NCBI GenBank assembly: GCA_965644315.1
Contig: CBFFRQ010000066.1
Coordinates: forward strand, 310,001-374,000
From: Caecitellus pseudoparvulus
Taxonomy: Eukaryota; Protista; Bigyra: Bicosoecida
DNA length: 64,000 nucleotides
Direction of reading: 5' to 3'
Notes under the pieces: model-generated
Database searches by the model: none
Told to the model about the DNA's origin: nothing
What the model saw: the letters and a program-made list of their open reading frames with translations, nothing else
Shown: piece after piece, positions 11,152 through 21,535 of the stretch
Layout of the letters: each line of letters opens with the position of its first letter
Numbering within the stretch: position 1 is the first letter of the stretch
Program-made: the position numbers and the translations under genes

Positions 11152-14100
11152 ATGGCAAGCCATGGACAACTGAAGACGCCCCTTTTGAAAGAGCGAAGCC
11201 GAGAAGGCCGACAAGGTGTAGCGGATGCCGCCGCAGGGGAAGACTCGGCGAGTTGCTGGTCTGCGGCTTTCTACCACTTTGCCAACACCCTCGTGGCCAG
11301 CCCTGGATACAAGCGGGGGTACGTCGCATGGCGACACCTGCCCCAGCCTTCTTCTGCCGACGTCTCACAGCATGTGTGGCAAGTGTGGGACGCCCGCCCT
11401 CTTCCTGCTGCCGCATCCGGCATGCTCCTCCGCGCTCTCACGCTGTTCCCGGGCCGCTTGGGCCGCGCGGCGATGCTGGAGCTGTTCAGCGCCCTGTGCA
11501 GCATTGCCACGCCCCTGATCCTGCAAGCCTTTCTCCAGGGTCTGGAGGAGGGCAGCCCGCCAGGCCAAGGCTGGCAGCTGTACCTGCTCGCTGTCGCATT
11601 GTACGCTTCCATGTTCCTGAACGCCATTGCCAAGCACCGGTTCTGGTACGACGCGGCGCGTGTGGGCGCCCACGTCGCAGCGGCCCAGTCCATCGCTGTG
11701 CTCCGTCATGCGCTGCAAGGCGCCACCAGCGTGGGGGACGTCAGCCTGGCGAACCTCGTCACAGTGGATGCATGCCGCATCCACAGTACGTACTTCCTCC
11801 CCTTCGCCATGTGGGCGACCATTGGGGGCCTAGTCATTGGGATTCCTGGGGCTTACTGGCTGTGGAGGCTGCTGTCCTGGTCAGGCCTGGTGGGGCTGCT
11901 CGTGTGTGCGCTGACGCCGCCCGTGTGCGCACAGCTGGGCAAACTTGTGCGAGCGACCACCACGACGCTGCAGGGCAAGCGAGACAAGCGCAGCAACGCA
12001 GTGGCCCAGGCCCTCAGCTCTGTGCTCACTGCGAAAGTCTTTGCGTGGGAGGGTCGCTGGCTGGACGCGCTGACGGCATTGCGGGATGCCGAGCACTCGG
12101 CACTGATTGCATCCCTGCTGGCCAGCTCCAGCGTCAGCCTCATGGGTGGTTTCCTCCCGGCCATAGCGCCTGCAGTGGCATTTGCCCTGTACACACAAGT
12201 CCAAGGCCACACGCTCCTACCATCGGTGGCTTTTTCTGCGTTGCTCTGGTTCTCCCTGCTTGACTCGCAGCTGAACTTGGCAGCACGAGTGATCACAAGC
12301 GCAGCTCGCAACGACGCCAGTTTCCGCCGCCTCCACGCCTACTTGTCATCGCCCGTGGCGAAGTGCAGCTTGCTTGAAGATCAGCGAGCCTCTCCTGGCG
12401 CGGGAGCTGCACCAGGACCTGTCGTACCGGACGGCGCGGTGGGTGTTGTGGCTGGCGCAAAGTGGACGCACTCTTTGGACTCGACATTCATCGTGTCAGC
12501 CCCACCCAGTGCAGTTCTCCCACATACGGGCTTGATTCTCGTCACTGGCAACATTGGCTCGGGCAAGTCCAGTCTCCTGAGAGGCCTGTGGGGCGACTTG
12601 CCCCGCTGTGGCGGCACTATCGCTTGGGCTGGCGGCGAGCGCCCCCCCCTAGCCGTCATGCAGCAGCCGCCGTGGCTAGGCAACATGAGCGTCCGCGACA
12701 ACATCACTCTCCTGGGACCACACTCCCCTGAAAGGTACGACGCGGTTGTGCGCCGGTGTGCCCTGGCCCCAGTGTTCCAACGCCTGGCGCAAGCCGATGG
12801 AGTGCTCGTTGGCGAGGGGCGTGCGTCAGCACTGTCCGGGGGTGAGCGCGCTCGCGCCGCCCTGGCTCGATGCCTGTACAGCGACGCTGCCATTCTGTGT
12901 CTGGATGACCCGCTCTCTGCCCTGGATGAAGCCACACGCACAGCTGTGTGGCTGCAGGCCATCCTGCCAGAAGCTGCGACGCGATGTGTCATCGTCGCGG
13001 TGAGCCAACTTCCCCCCGGATGCACTGTTCCCGGGGGCGCACGCATCTGGGAAGCACGCGAGGGGGCCGTGCGCGATCTGGGCACAGCTGGGGAGCTGCG
13101 CCCAGATGAGACGCAAATTGCGCTGCAAGTTGGTGATGGTGCTGCAGTGCAATCCTTGCCGTCCCTACCCCCCTTGGGCGCCGAGGTTGACGAGGATCAC
13201 TACAAGCAGGCTGCAGGTGTGGTTGAGAGTGACAGCGATGACGAAGAGGGTGCCACTGCCCAATGCGCGACACAGCGGCATGCTGCCAGAGGCGAACGCA
13301 GCGCGAAGGGCGGGGTCCAGCTGAGCGTGCTGGCACGGTACCTGACCGCTTTCGTGCACTGGAGCGTGGTCGTCGTCCTCGTCATGTTGCTGTTGGTGAA
13401 GGACGTTTCTGCTCTGGTAGCGTCTTGGTGGCTGGCGTCGTGGACAGCAGTCGAGGCGGCGCAGGCAAGTGCGTCAAACGGCACATCCACCGCGTCAGGC
13501 ATCTTCGGCGATTCGTTGTCCCGGGCTGACCTTTCAAGCTGGTCCTTTGCCCAAGGCTACCTCGGCATCATTGGAAGCCAGAGCGTGTGTCAAGCCATCG
13601 CCCTGGCCTTGATGGCCGTCGGGGCAGCTCATGCCAGCACCACCTTGCACAACGGCATGGTGAAGGCGCTGCTGCACGCGCCCTGTGACTTCTTCGTCAA
13701 GACCCCCATGGGCCAGATGATGAACCGGTGTGTCGCAGATGTGCAGTCACTTGACACTGGCCTCATGAAATCTGTCACCACATTCCTGCGCAACGTGCAG
13801 ACGGTGTTGGTGAACTTCACAGCAATCGGCCTCGTGCACCCGCTGACGTTGCTGGGGGTTCCTCCCCTGGCAGCAATCTACTCGTGGTTCGCAGTGCGCT
13901 TCCGCGTTGCAGCGAGGGACTTGCGGCGGATGGGCTCTGTGCTGCGCTCTCCTCAGCTGGACTGGATGCACGTCATCCTGGACGGCGGAGTCATCTTCCG
14001 GGCGGCGCGGCGTGAAGCCGGCGCGCTGCAAACGTACATGTCGCGACAGACCTCCGTGACACACGCGAACATGACCCGAAGCGCCGTGCAACAGTGGGTG

Positions 14101-15225
14101 ACGGTCACGTTGGAGGTCATCAGCGCCCTCATCGTGCTCCTGCTTGCATTGTTAGCTGCTGCCGGAGCTGCACGGGGCGGCGTCGTCGCGGCTCGCCTGG
14201 GGCTCGCCTTGACCTCTGCCCTGTCCTTGCCCCCGTCCCTCTTTTGGCTTGTGCGAAGTGCTACAACACTAGAGGTGGAGATGGTGGCTGCAGAGCGTGT
14301 GCTGGCGTATTCTGACATGCCCAGCGAAGGCTCCCTTTGGCCAGGCCACGCTTCGCAGGCGACCGTGGCGGCACGTACTCCGGCCGCAGAAGTGAAGCTG
14401 GACAACCTTGCAGTGGTGTACCCAGGCTGCACCGAGCAAGCAATCAGCCTTGAGCGCGTGCGCATTCCTGCAGGGGCCAAGGTCATTGTCGCAGGGCCTT
14501 CGGGCTGTGGCAAGAGCACGCTGACGAAAGCCCTCCTGGCCATGGTGCAGTCCACAGGCAGCCTGGTGGTGGACGGCCAAGACTTGCACAGGCTCCCGCT
14601 GCATGCCTCCCGCAAGCTCGTTGGCACCGTCCTGCAGGATGCTGCCACCTGGTCCGCCTCGGTAGCTGACAACGTTCTTGGGCCAGCGCCAAAGCAGCAA
14701 CAAGGTGGGCTGGGGAGCAGCCCGGGCATGGACAGCTTCTCACATTCGCGGGCCGACCTCGAACGATGCAGGGGAGTCCTGCAGCAGGTGGGTCTGTGGG
14801 AGCAGCTGAGAGGCTTGAATCGCGACCAGGAGTCGCCGGCCTCAACCGCACAAGGTGCAGCAAGTCGAAAGCGCTTGGAAGGTGACGAGGACCGCCTGTC
14901 GCTGCACCTTGAAGCTGATGGTGCGCCTTTGTCGGCAGGCCAACGGCAACTGCTGCTCATGGCGAGAGCACTCGCCCAGCCACGCCCCGTGCTGGTCGCT
15001 GACGAGGTGTCCAGCCACGCAGACGATGCCAGCGAGGAACTCCTGCACGACATCGTGCTGGACCTCCCATGCACGGTGCTGTTCATCGCGCACAGGCTGA
15101 CGCACATGAAGCGCTTTGACTATGTGCTGTACCTGCGGGATGGTGAGGTGGCGTTCTGGGGCCCGCCAGGCGAGTTTTCGGCGCTGCAACAAACCCACCG
15201 CTGGGCATGCTTGCCCGGGGAATAA
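11152..15225 (+). CDS. ABC transporter, subfamily C (MRP-like, TMD1-NBD1-TMD2-NBD2), about 1,357 aa
   Basis: NBD1: Walker A GNIGSGKS, signature LSGGERAR, Walker B ILCLDDPLSALD. NBD2: GPSGCGKS, LSAGQRQL, VLVADE, IAHRL. ABCC-typical TMD motifs KVFAWE, FFVKTPMGQMMNR and EMVAAERV. Frame is open from ATG 10801; I prefer ATG 11152 (aaaATGg) as start. Confidence 0.93.
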   Translation: MASHGQLKTPLLKERSREGRQGVADAAAGEDSASCWSAAFYHFANTLVASPGYKRGYVAWRHLPQPSSADVSQHVWQVWDARPLPAAASGMLLRALTLFPGRLGRAAMLELFSALCSIATPLILQAFLQGLEEGSPPGQGWQLYLLAVALYASMFLNAIAKHRFWYDAARVGAHVAAAQSIAVLRHALQGATSVGDVSLANLVTVDACRIHSTYFLPFAMWATIGGLVIGIPGAYWLWRLLSWSGLVGLLVCALTPPVCAQLGKLVRATTTTLQGKRDKRSNAVAQALSSVLTAKVFAWEGRWLDALTALRDAEHSALIASLLASSSVSLMGGFLPAIAPAVAFALYTQVQGHTLLPSVAFSALLWFSLLDSQLNLAARVITSAARNDASFRRLHAYLSSPVAKCSLLEDQRASPGAGAAPGPVVPDGAVGVVAGAKWTHSLDSTFIVSAPPSAVLPHTGLILVTGNIGSGKSSLLRGLWGDLPRCGGTIAWAGGERPPLAVMQQPPWLGNMSVRDNITLLGPHSPERYDAVVRRCALAPVFQRLAQADGVLVGEGRASALSGGERARAALARCLYSDAAILCLDDPLSALDEATRTAVWLQAILPEAATRCVIVAVSQLPPGCTVPGGARIWEAREGAVRDLGTAGELRPDETQIALQVGDGAAVQSLPSLPPLGAEVDEDHYKQAAGVVESDSDDEEGATAQCATQRHAARGERSAKGGVQLSVLARYLTAFVHWSVVVVLVMLLLVKDVSALVASWWLASWTAVEAAQASASNGTSTASGIFGDSLSRADLSSWSFAQGYLGIIGSQSVCQAIALALMAVGAAHASTTLHNGMVKALLHAPCDFFVKTPMGQMMNRCVADVQSLDTGLMKSVTTFLRNVQTVLVNFTAIGLVHPLTLLGVPPLAAIYSWFAVRFRVAARDLRRMGSVLRSPQLDWMHVILDGGVIFRAARREAGALQTYMSRQTSVTHANMTRSAVQQWVTVTLEVISALIVLLLALLAAAGAARGGVVAARLGLALTSALSLPPSLFWLVRSATTLEVEMVAAERVLAYSDMPSEGSLWPGHASQATVAARTPAAEVKLDNLAVVYPGCTEQAISLERVRIPAGAKVIVAGPSGCGKSTLTKALLAMVQSTGSLVVDGQDLHRLPLHASRKLVGTVLQDAATWSASVADNVLGPAPKQQQGGLGSSPGMDSFSHSRADLERCRGVLQQVGLWEQLRGLNRDQESPASTAQGAASRKRLEGDEDRLSLHLEADGAPLSAGQRQLLLMARALAQPRPVLVADEVSSHADDASEELLHDIVLDLPCTVLFIAHRLTHMKRFDYVLYLRDGEVAFWGPPGEFSALQQTHRWACLPGE

Positions 15226-15241
15226 CAAAAGCTGCAATACA

Positions 15242-18200
15242 TTATTTTCTCTCTGCGCTTGGTGGCTTCGCTGTGCTGCTTCGGCGGGCTGCTCCCGTGA
15301 AGGATATCCGCCCTCGCGCGTCTGTGGAGCGTCGACCAGCCAGGGATTCCCTCCTTTGGCGACGACGCTCACCCCATTCTTCCGTGGGTGGTGTCTGGCC
15401 AGCACTCAAGCGGCATGCGCGGCCCAAGGGGCCGTGGGCCTCTTCACATTTAGGTTCAGGCTGCCCCCTATGGCTTGGGCGTGCACCGCTTGCGGGTGCC
15501 AACGGAGTCTGGTTTAGTCCAACCTGCGTGGAAATGAAGCCATCGCGCCGCTGAAGCACTGACATACCTGACGGCTGCCCTGACATGTTTACTGCGCATA
15601 GCGGTAGGTCTGGTGCCAGCGTGGCATTGCGAGCCTTTTGTGCATCTCCTGGGTGCTTCTTGGCTGGCATGCCGGTCCGTAGCGGGTTGGTGGCAGTTAG
15701 TCGTGCTTCAGTGATTGGGTGATCTGAGCTGTTTTGCAGATCCAGCAGGGATGCTGGCTGTGCCTTCATGGCATGGCGAGACTGTGATCGGCCGAGTGAT
15801 TTGGCCTGCGCTTGTCCTGTACGCCCGGGGTCTGCAGATATAGGCGCAGAAGGCGACCTTGATGCACTTTCTTTTGGCCTGGATGCCACGGAGACGAGGG
15901 CGGCCCCCCTTGGACCCAAAGCCTGCAGCACGGCATCAACATCGCTACATGGACTACCAAGTCCACTCCGCCGCGCCACGCCACGAGGGAATGATAGCAC
16001 AGTGCTCAAGCTGGTGGCGATGCGTGGGGCGGCTGGCTGGATGTGACCACACCTCGCCAGTCGCTGCGCGAGGGCTGATGCAATGTCCACGAGACTCGGC
16101 ACGCGACTGTCCACGATCTGCCCCACAGTGCTGTCCCCTGCGCTGTCTGCGCTGCCCAGCTCAGGCAACAGAGCCCGGATCCGGGCTCCGACACGAGCCA
16201 GCACTGCTCGTGCCGCAGAGCTGTACCCACGCACCACCACCAGCAGAATGGCCAGCAGGATGACGCCCTGTGAAATATACAGCAGAGCATCTGTGACTCC
16301 CCGCACACCTGCAGGTGGGCGGAGGCTGTTCACGCCCACCAGGATCACCTGCAGCAGGATGCCGCCATGGGCCATGACGTCCAGGTCTGTCAGCTCCTCC
16401 AGACACCAGGGCCGCCGCCACCGCACGAGAAGCAGGCTGCCCAGCACTACGCCACCCACCATACACAGACGCAGAATGATTTCAGTGGATAGCCATGTGA
16501 CACATGCCACGACAGCGACGAGAGTGGTCTGCATCGCGAGAAACGTGTGTGTGGGCAGCAGCCACGCGAAGCCCCAGCATGCCGCCCGAGCTTGCACAGC
16601 CTCAGCGACAGAAGCCTCTGCAATGGCACTGCTCTTGTCACCGCCTGCATGAGCCACAAGGTTCCGAGCTTGCTGTTGTGTCATCTGGATGCGGTAGCCG
16701 TTGGACAGGAAGCCACGCACCGTGGCGCCTCGCAATGCAGCTGTGCTCGCTCCTCGCCACTGCCGCCAAGCCATGAAGGCGACGAAGCCCACGCAGCCTG
16801 CAAGAATGTGCAGCACAAGCGGAAAGATGAAGGGAACTGCAGCCTTCATGGTGCCAGCTGGCGCGTTTGCGTCGGTCAGTGCTTCATGCTGGGGCCGCAA
16901 CCCAACCAACTCGGCGTGCAGCTGCAACAGAGCTGGCAGCAGGCGGACGTACGCAGCTGCTGGGAGCAACAGCAACACACTGCACCACACACCACGCGCT
17001 GCGTTGGCTGCAGGCTTGGTAAGACCCAGCGTCAGTGCCGAAGCCAGGAGCAAGAAGGCACCCAGCGCCACCATGACCAGGTTGCCAGCGTTGTCTGGAC
17101 TAGATGGGTCGCCACCACCTGCAGCACATGCCACAGAAGGCAAGCTTGCCAAGCTGCTGGAGCCTGTGATGGCAGACAGCACAGCCATGCCGCCTGCACC
17201 AGCCGAGTCAGTGTCAGCATTGCGAGTGTACAGCGTGCCGTTCAGATTTGCGGTGGGTTGGCCTGTCCACGGCCTGGCCAGCTCACATGCGCCTGCCCAC
17301 TGGTGCAGGGAGTGTGCTGACGCCTGGAGAGAGTCTGGACCTGAAGGAGCGAGGATGGCGATCTGCGCAGATATGCCGATGAACCACAGCATGATCCGCA
17401 GTCCACCCGAGAAAAGGCTGGTGGTGAGGTTTTCAGGAGACTTGGCATACTTGTGGAGAGCAAACACAGCCAAAGCAAGAGTCACGATGGCCTGGATGGC
17501 AGCAAATCCGATGCTTGCAGCTATTGGAGAGACTCCAGTATCGGGGCACTGCTCACAAACTGAACAAGGGGACGTGGCCGCCCAGCCTTGGACACAAGTG
17601 CCGCACGCTGCTCCGGTGTGGCCTTGAGCGCAGCCACTGATGCCTGCCAAGGTACTAGACACTGCACAAGCACCTTGACGGGGACAAGGAAGCAGCTGAG
17701 CTGTGTTGGCGCTGTCACATCCAGCATGGCACGTGGCCGAGCCAGGAAACGCAAGATGAAAGGCAGAAGACGAGGTTCCTGCTCCCCCCGCTTGCCATGC
17801 CCAGCTCGAGCCTGCTGCAATGGGCGCTGAGGGCGACGGCGATGTGGTGGGCAGTGATGATGCAGTGCTGGTCGCGGTGGGCGTGGCGGTGGCCGTGCTG
17901 GAGGCAGTGGCGTTGGGCGAGCTGGATGGCGATGTGGTGGGCAGTGATGATGCAGTGCTGGTCGCGGTGGGCGTGGCGGTGGCCGTGCTGGAGGCAGTGG
18001 CGTTGGGCGAGCTGAATGGCGATGTGGTGGGCAGTGATGATGCAGTGCTGGTCGCGGTGGGCGTGGCGGTGGCCGTGCTGGACACTGTGGGTGTGGCCGT
18101 GCCGGACACGGTGGCGTTGGGCGAGGCGGATGCCGTGGCGGAGGCCGTGGCGGAGGCCGTGGGTGTGGCCGTGCTGGACACTGTGGGTGTGGCCGTGCCG

Positions 18201-21125
18201 GACACGGTGGCGTTGGGCGAGGCGGATGCCGTGGCGGAGGCCGTGGGTGTGGCCGTGCTGGACACTGTGGGTGTGGCCGTGCCGGACACGGTGGCGTTGG
18301 GCGAGGCGGATGCCGTGGCGGAGGCCGTGGCGGAGGCCGTGGGTGTGGCCGTGCTGGACACTGTGGGTGTGGCCGTGCCGGACACGGTGGCGTTGGGCGA
18401 GGCAGATGCCGTGGCGGAGGCCGTGGCGGAGGCCGTGGGTGTGGCCGTGCTGGACACTGTGGGTGTGGCCGTGCCGGACACGGTGGCGTTGGGCGAGGCG
18501 GATGCCGTGGCGGAGGCCGTGGGTGTGGCCGTGCCGGACACGGTGGCGTTGGGCGAGGCGGATGCCGTGGCGGAGGCCGTGGCGGAGGCCGTGGGTGTGG
18601 CCGTGCTGGACACTGTGGGTGTGGCCGTGCCGGACACGGTGGCGTTGGGCGAGGCGGATGCCGTGGCGGAGGCCGTGGCGGAGGCCGTGGGTGTGGCCGT
18701 GCTGGACACTGTGGGTGTGGCCGTGCCGGACACGGTGGCATTGGGCGAGGCAGATGCCGTGGCGGAGGCCGTGGCGGAGGCCGTGGGTGTGGCCGTGCTG
18801 GACACTGTGGGTGTGGCCGTGCCGGACACGGTGGCGTTGGGCGAGGCAGATGCCGTGGCGGAGGCCGTGGGTGTGGCCGTGGGTGTGGCCGTGCTGGACA
18901 CTGTGGGTGTGGCCGTGCCGGACACGGTGGCGTTGGGCGAGGCAGATGCCGTGGCGGAGGCCGTGGCGGAGGCCGTGGGTGTGGCCGTGCTGGACACTGT
19001 GGGTGTGGCCGTGCCGGACACGGTGGCGTTGGGCGAGGCAGATGCCGTGGCGGAGGCCGTGGCGGAGGCCGTGGGTGTGGCCGTGCTGGACACTGTGGGT
19101 GTGGCCGTGCCGGACACGGTGGCGTTGGGCGAGGCGGATGCCGTGGCGGAGGCCGTGGCGGAGGCCGTGGGTGTGGCCGTGCTGGACACTGTGGGTGTGG
19201 CCGTGCTGGACACTGTGGGTGTGGCCGTGCCGGACACGGTGGCGTTGGGCGAGGCGGATGCCGTGGCGGAGGCCGTGGCGGAGGCCGTGGGTGTGGCCGT
19301 GCTGGACACTGTGGGTGTGGCCGTGCCGGACACGGTGGCGTTGGGCGAGGCAGATGCCGTGGCGGAGGCCGTGGCGGAGGCCGTGGGTGTGGCCGTGCTG
19401 GACACTGTGGGTGTGGCCGTGCCGGACACTGTGGGTGTGGCCGTGCCGGACACGGTGGCGTTGGGCGAGGCAGATGCCGTGGCGGAGGCCGTGGCGGAGG
19501 CCGTGGGTGTGGCCGTGCTGGACACTGTGGGTGTGGCCGTGCCGGACACGGTGGCGTTGGGCGAGGCAGATGCCGTGGCGGAGGCCGTGGCGGAGGCCGT
19601 GGGTGTGGCCGTGCTGGACACTGTGGGTGTGGCCGTGCCGGACACGGTGGCGTTGGGCGAGGCAGATGCCGTGGCGGAGGCCGTGGGTGTGGCCGTGGGT
19701 GTGGCCGTGCTGGACACTGTGGGTGTGGCCGTGCCGGACACGGTGGCGTTGGGCGAGGCAGATGCCGTGGCGGAGGCCGTGGCGGAGGCCGTGGGTGTGG
19801 CCGTGCTGGACACTGTGGGTGTGGCTGTGCCGGACACGGTGGCGTTGGGCGAGGCAGATGCCGTGGCGGAGGCCGTGGCGGAGGCCGTGGGTGTGGCCGT
19901 GCTGGACACTGTGGGTGTGGCCGTGCCGGACACTGTGGGTGTGGCCGTGCCGGACACGGTGGCGTTGGGCGAGGCAGATGCCGTGGCGGAGGCCGTGGCG
20001 GAGGCCGTGGCGGAGGCCGTGCTGGACACTGTGGGTGTGGCCGTGCCGGACACGGTGGCGTTGGGCGAGGCAGATGCCGTGGCGGAGGCCGTGGCGGAGG
20101 CCGTGGGTGTGGCCGTGCTGGACACTGTGGGTGTTGTTGATGCTGTGGGCGAGGGTATGTACGACGCAGACGGTGTGGGAGAAGGGTCCTCGAGTCTTCT
20201 CTTTTCGACTTTGTTCCTTTTCCGGCCGCGATTAGCTTTAGTCTGTGCCCGGATGCTGTCACCCTCGTGTAGCGACTGAAGTTCTTTGGCGACCGGTGTG
20301 GAAGGAGCTCTCAAGTATGTCCGCCATTGGACTTTCGATTTTGGCGATGCTGTCCCCCCTGCCTGGCAAGCTGGCGAGGGACAAGTCGCAGATCTGCTTG
20401 CAGACCCACAGCCCGTGCAAAGAAGACACGAGGATATGTTCTTGCTGTTGTTTGCATCCAGAGTGTAGGTTTGGGGTGGGCACTTTACGCACTGCATGGG
20501 TGCGAAGGGCAAGTGTGAATGAAAGACGAATCGCTCGGAAAGAATTGGCAGGACATCTCACGGTCGGGGCAATGAAACAGTTCGGAGCTTGCAAAGCGGA
20601 ATTCTTCGTGATGTCCAGCGTGGTCCGACTCTCATGTGATTTGTCCACATGCTGCTGAGCCCGGCTTCGTACCAGTCGCTCCACTTGTTTGTGGAGAGTC
20701 CTGTCTTTGTTCGAACTGACGCCATCCACCTCTGGCAGGCGGCATAGTTTGTCCCCGTTGCAATTTCCATGCTCCTGATAGTATCCTACGGGGCCTGGAT
20801 CGCGAAAGGGGGCGAGTTTGAGAAGAGTTCAGTTGGGGGGTGTGCGCCAGGATTCGGCGTGGAGCTACATACAGCAGCAGCCAAGCTGGCCTGGAAGGCA
20901 GGGTTTAAGGATTGAAGACGACAAGTCTGCAGTAAGGGTCCTGGTAGTTTTGCGTGCTGTGGATGGGCTGCCGCCCCCTGCACCCCTCCCTGCTCCTGTC
21001 TGACTCTCAATCCTCGGGACAGCAGGACCACGGGCTGGCCGCCAGGTTGCTTGGCCAAGAACCCCGGTTGCGATGGCCATCACCAGGCTGATAGTCACCA
21101 AATGAGACCTGGTGAAGTCCTTCAT
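15242..21125 (-). CDS. Cell-surface multi-pass membrane protein with signal peptide, Cys-rich head, Ser/Thr/Ala mucin-like stalk and about 9 TM helices; exons 21125-20873, 20794-20562, 20491-15242 (1,911 aa)
   Basis: Signal peptide MKDFTRSHLVTISLVMAIATGVLG. Two GT-AG introns join frames into CCCPVGYYQEHGNC and CVKCPPQTY (GCC2/GCC3-like). Juxtamembrane CAQGHTGAACGTCVQGW...CEQCP, then about 9 hydrophobic helices with FLSNGYR and RRPW motifs reminiscent of protist TRP-like C-terminal domains. Confidence 0.85.
17836..18080 (-). repeat. Coding tandem repeat, 90-nt period, about 2.7 copies (STATATPTATSTASSLPTTSPSSSPNATAS)
   Basis: gatgtggtgggcagtgatgatgcagtgctgg starts at 17841, 17931 and 18021. 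Confidence 0.95.
18071..20133 (-). repeat. Coding minisatellite, about 21 copies of a modal 96-nt unit (TPTVSSTATPTASATASATASASPNATVSGTA) built from 12/24-nt modules
   Basis: Anchor ttgggcgaggc recurs 21 times from 18117 to 20061 with spacings of 60, 84, 96 or 120 nt, all multiples of 12. Confidence 0.97.
20492..20561 (-). other. Spliceosomal intron (70 nt)
   Basis: GTGAGA...CCCATGCAG, phase 0; joins APNCFIAPT to CVKCPPQTY. Confidence 0.8.
20795..20872 (-). other. Spliceosomal intron (78 nt)
   Basis: GTATGT...pyrimidine tract...TCCAG; removes an in-frame TAG and restores C-C-C-PVGYYQ. Confidence 0.8.
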
Positions 21126-21535
21126 ACTCTGCGCTTTCAGAAGAGCTTCGCGGGGAAGGGAAGCAGAGGCAGCCGGCTGGTGGAGTGTGCGCACAGCTTT
21201 TGAGCCACAATCGCGGCCTTCTCCATGCAGCGCACGGTGCGCCCCGATGCAAAGCCGTGTGCCAACAGAAGCAAGTCAGATTCCAGCGCGTCCTTTGCTG
21301 CAGCTGCGGCTAGAGTAGCGTGGCGGCTGGGCCATGCAGGTGCTGCCTTGCGGGGCGGTGAAGGCGGTTGACCCTGAAGCAGTTGACGTGCGTGTGGCAC
21401 GTGGGACGGCCGCTCAGCAAAATGAACTTTACAGATGTGTCATTCTGGAAGTCCGTTTCGTTTGCCTTTCCCGAGTGACTTTGAAGTGGGCCTTCGCAAC
21501 TTCCATTGTTGCTCCCTTGGCAGGTGGAAGCAGGC

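Noticed and set aside
18071-20133. CRISPR-like or telomere-like array
   Set aside because: No unique spacers, the period is a multiple of 3, it lies inside a CDS, and there are no cas genes.
17521-20279. Long ORFs of 913 aa (PPRP), 819 aa (VAVLDT) and 739 aa (WRRPW) over the repeat
   Set aside because: Alternate-frame shadows of a stop-poor repeat. Only the S/T/A frame connects to a signal peptide and TM domain.
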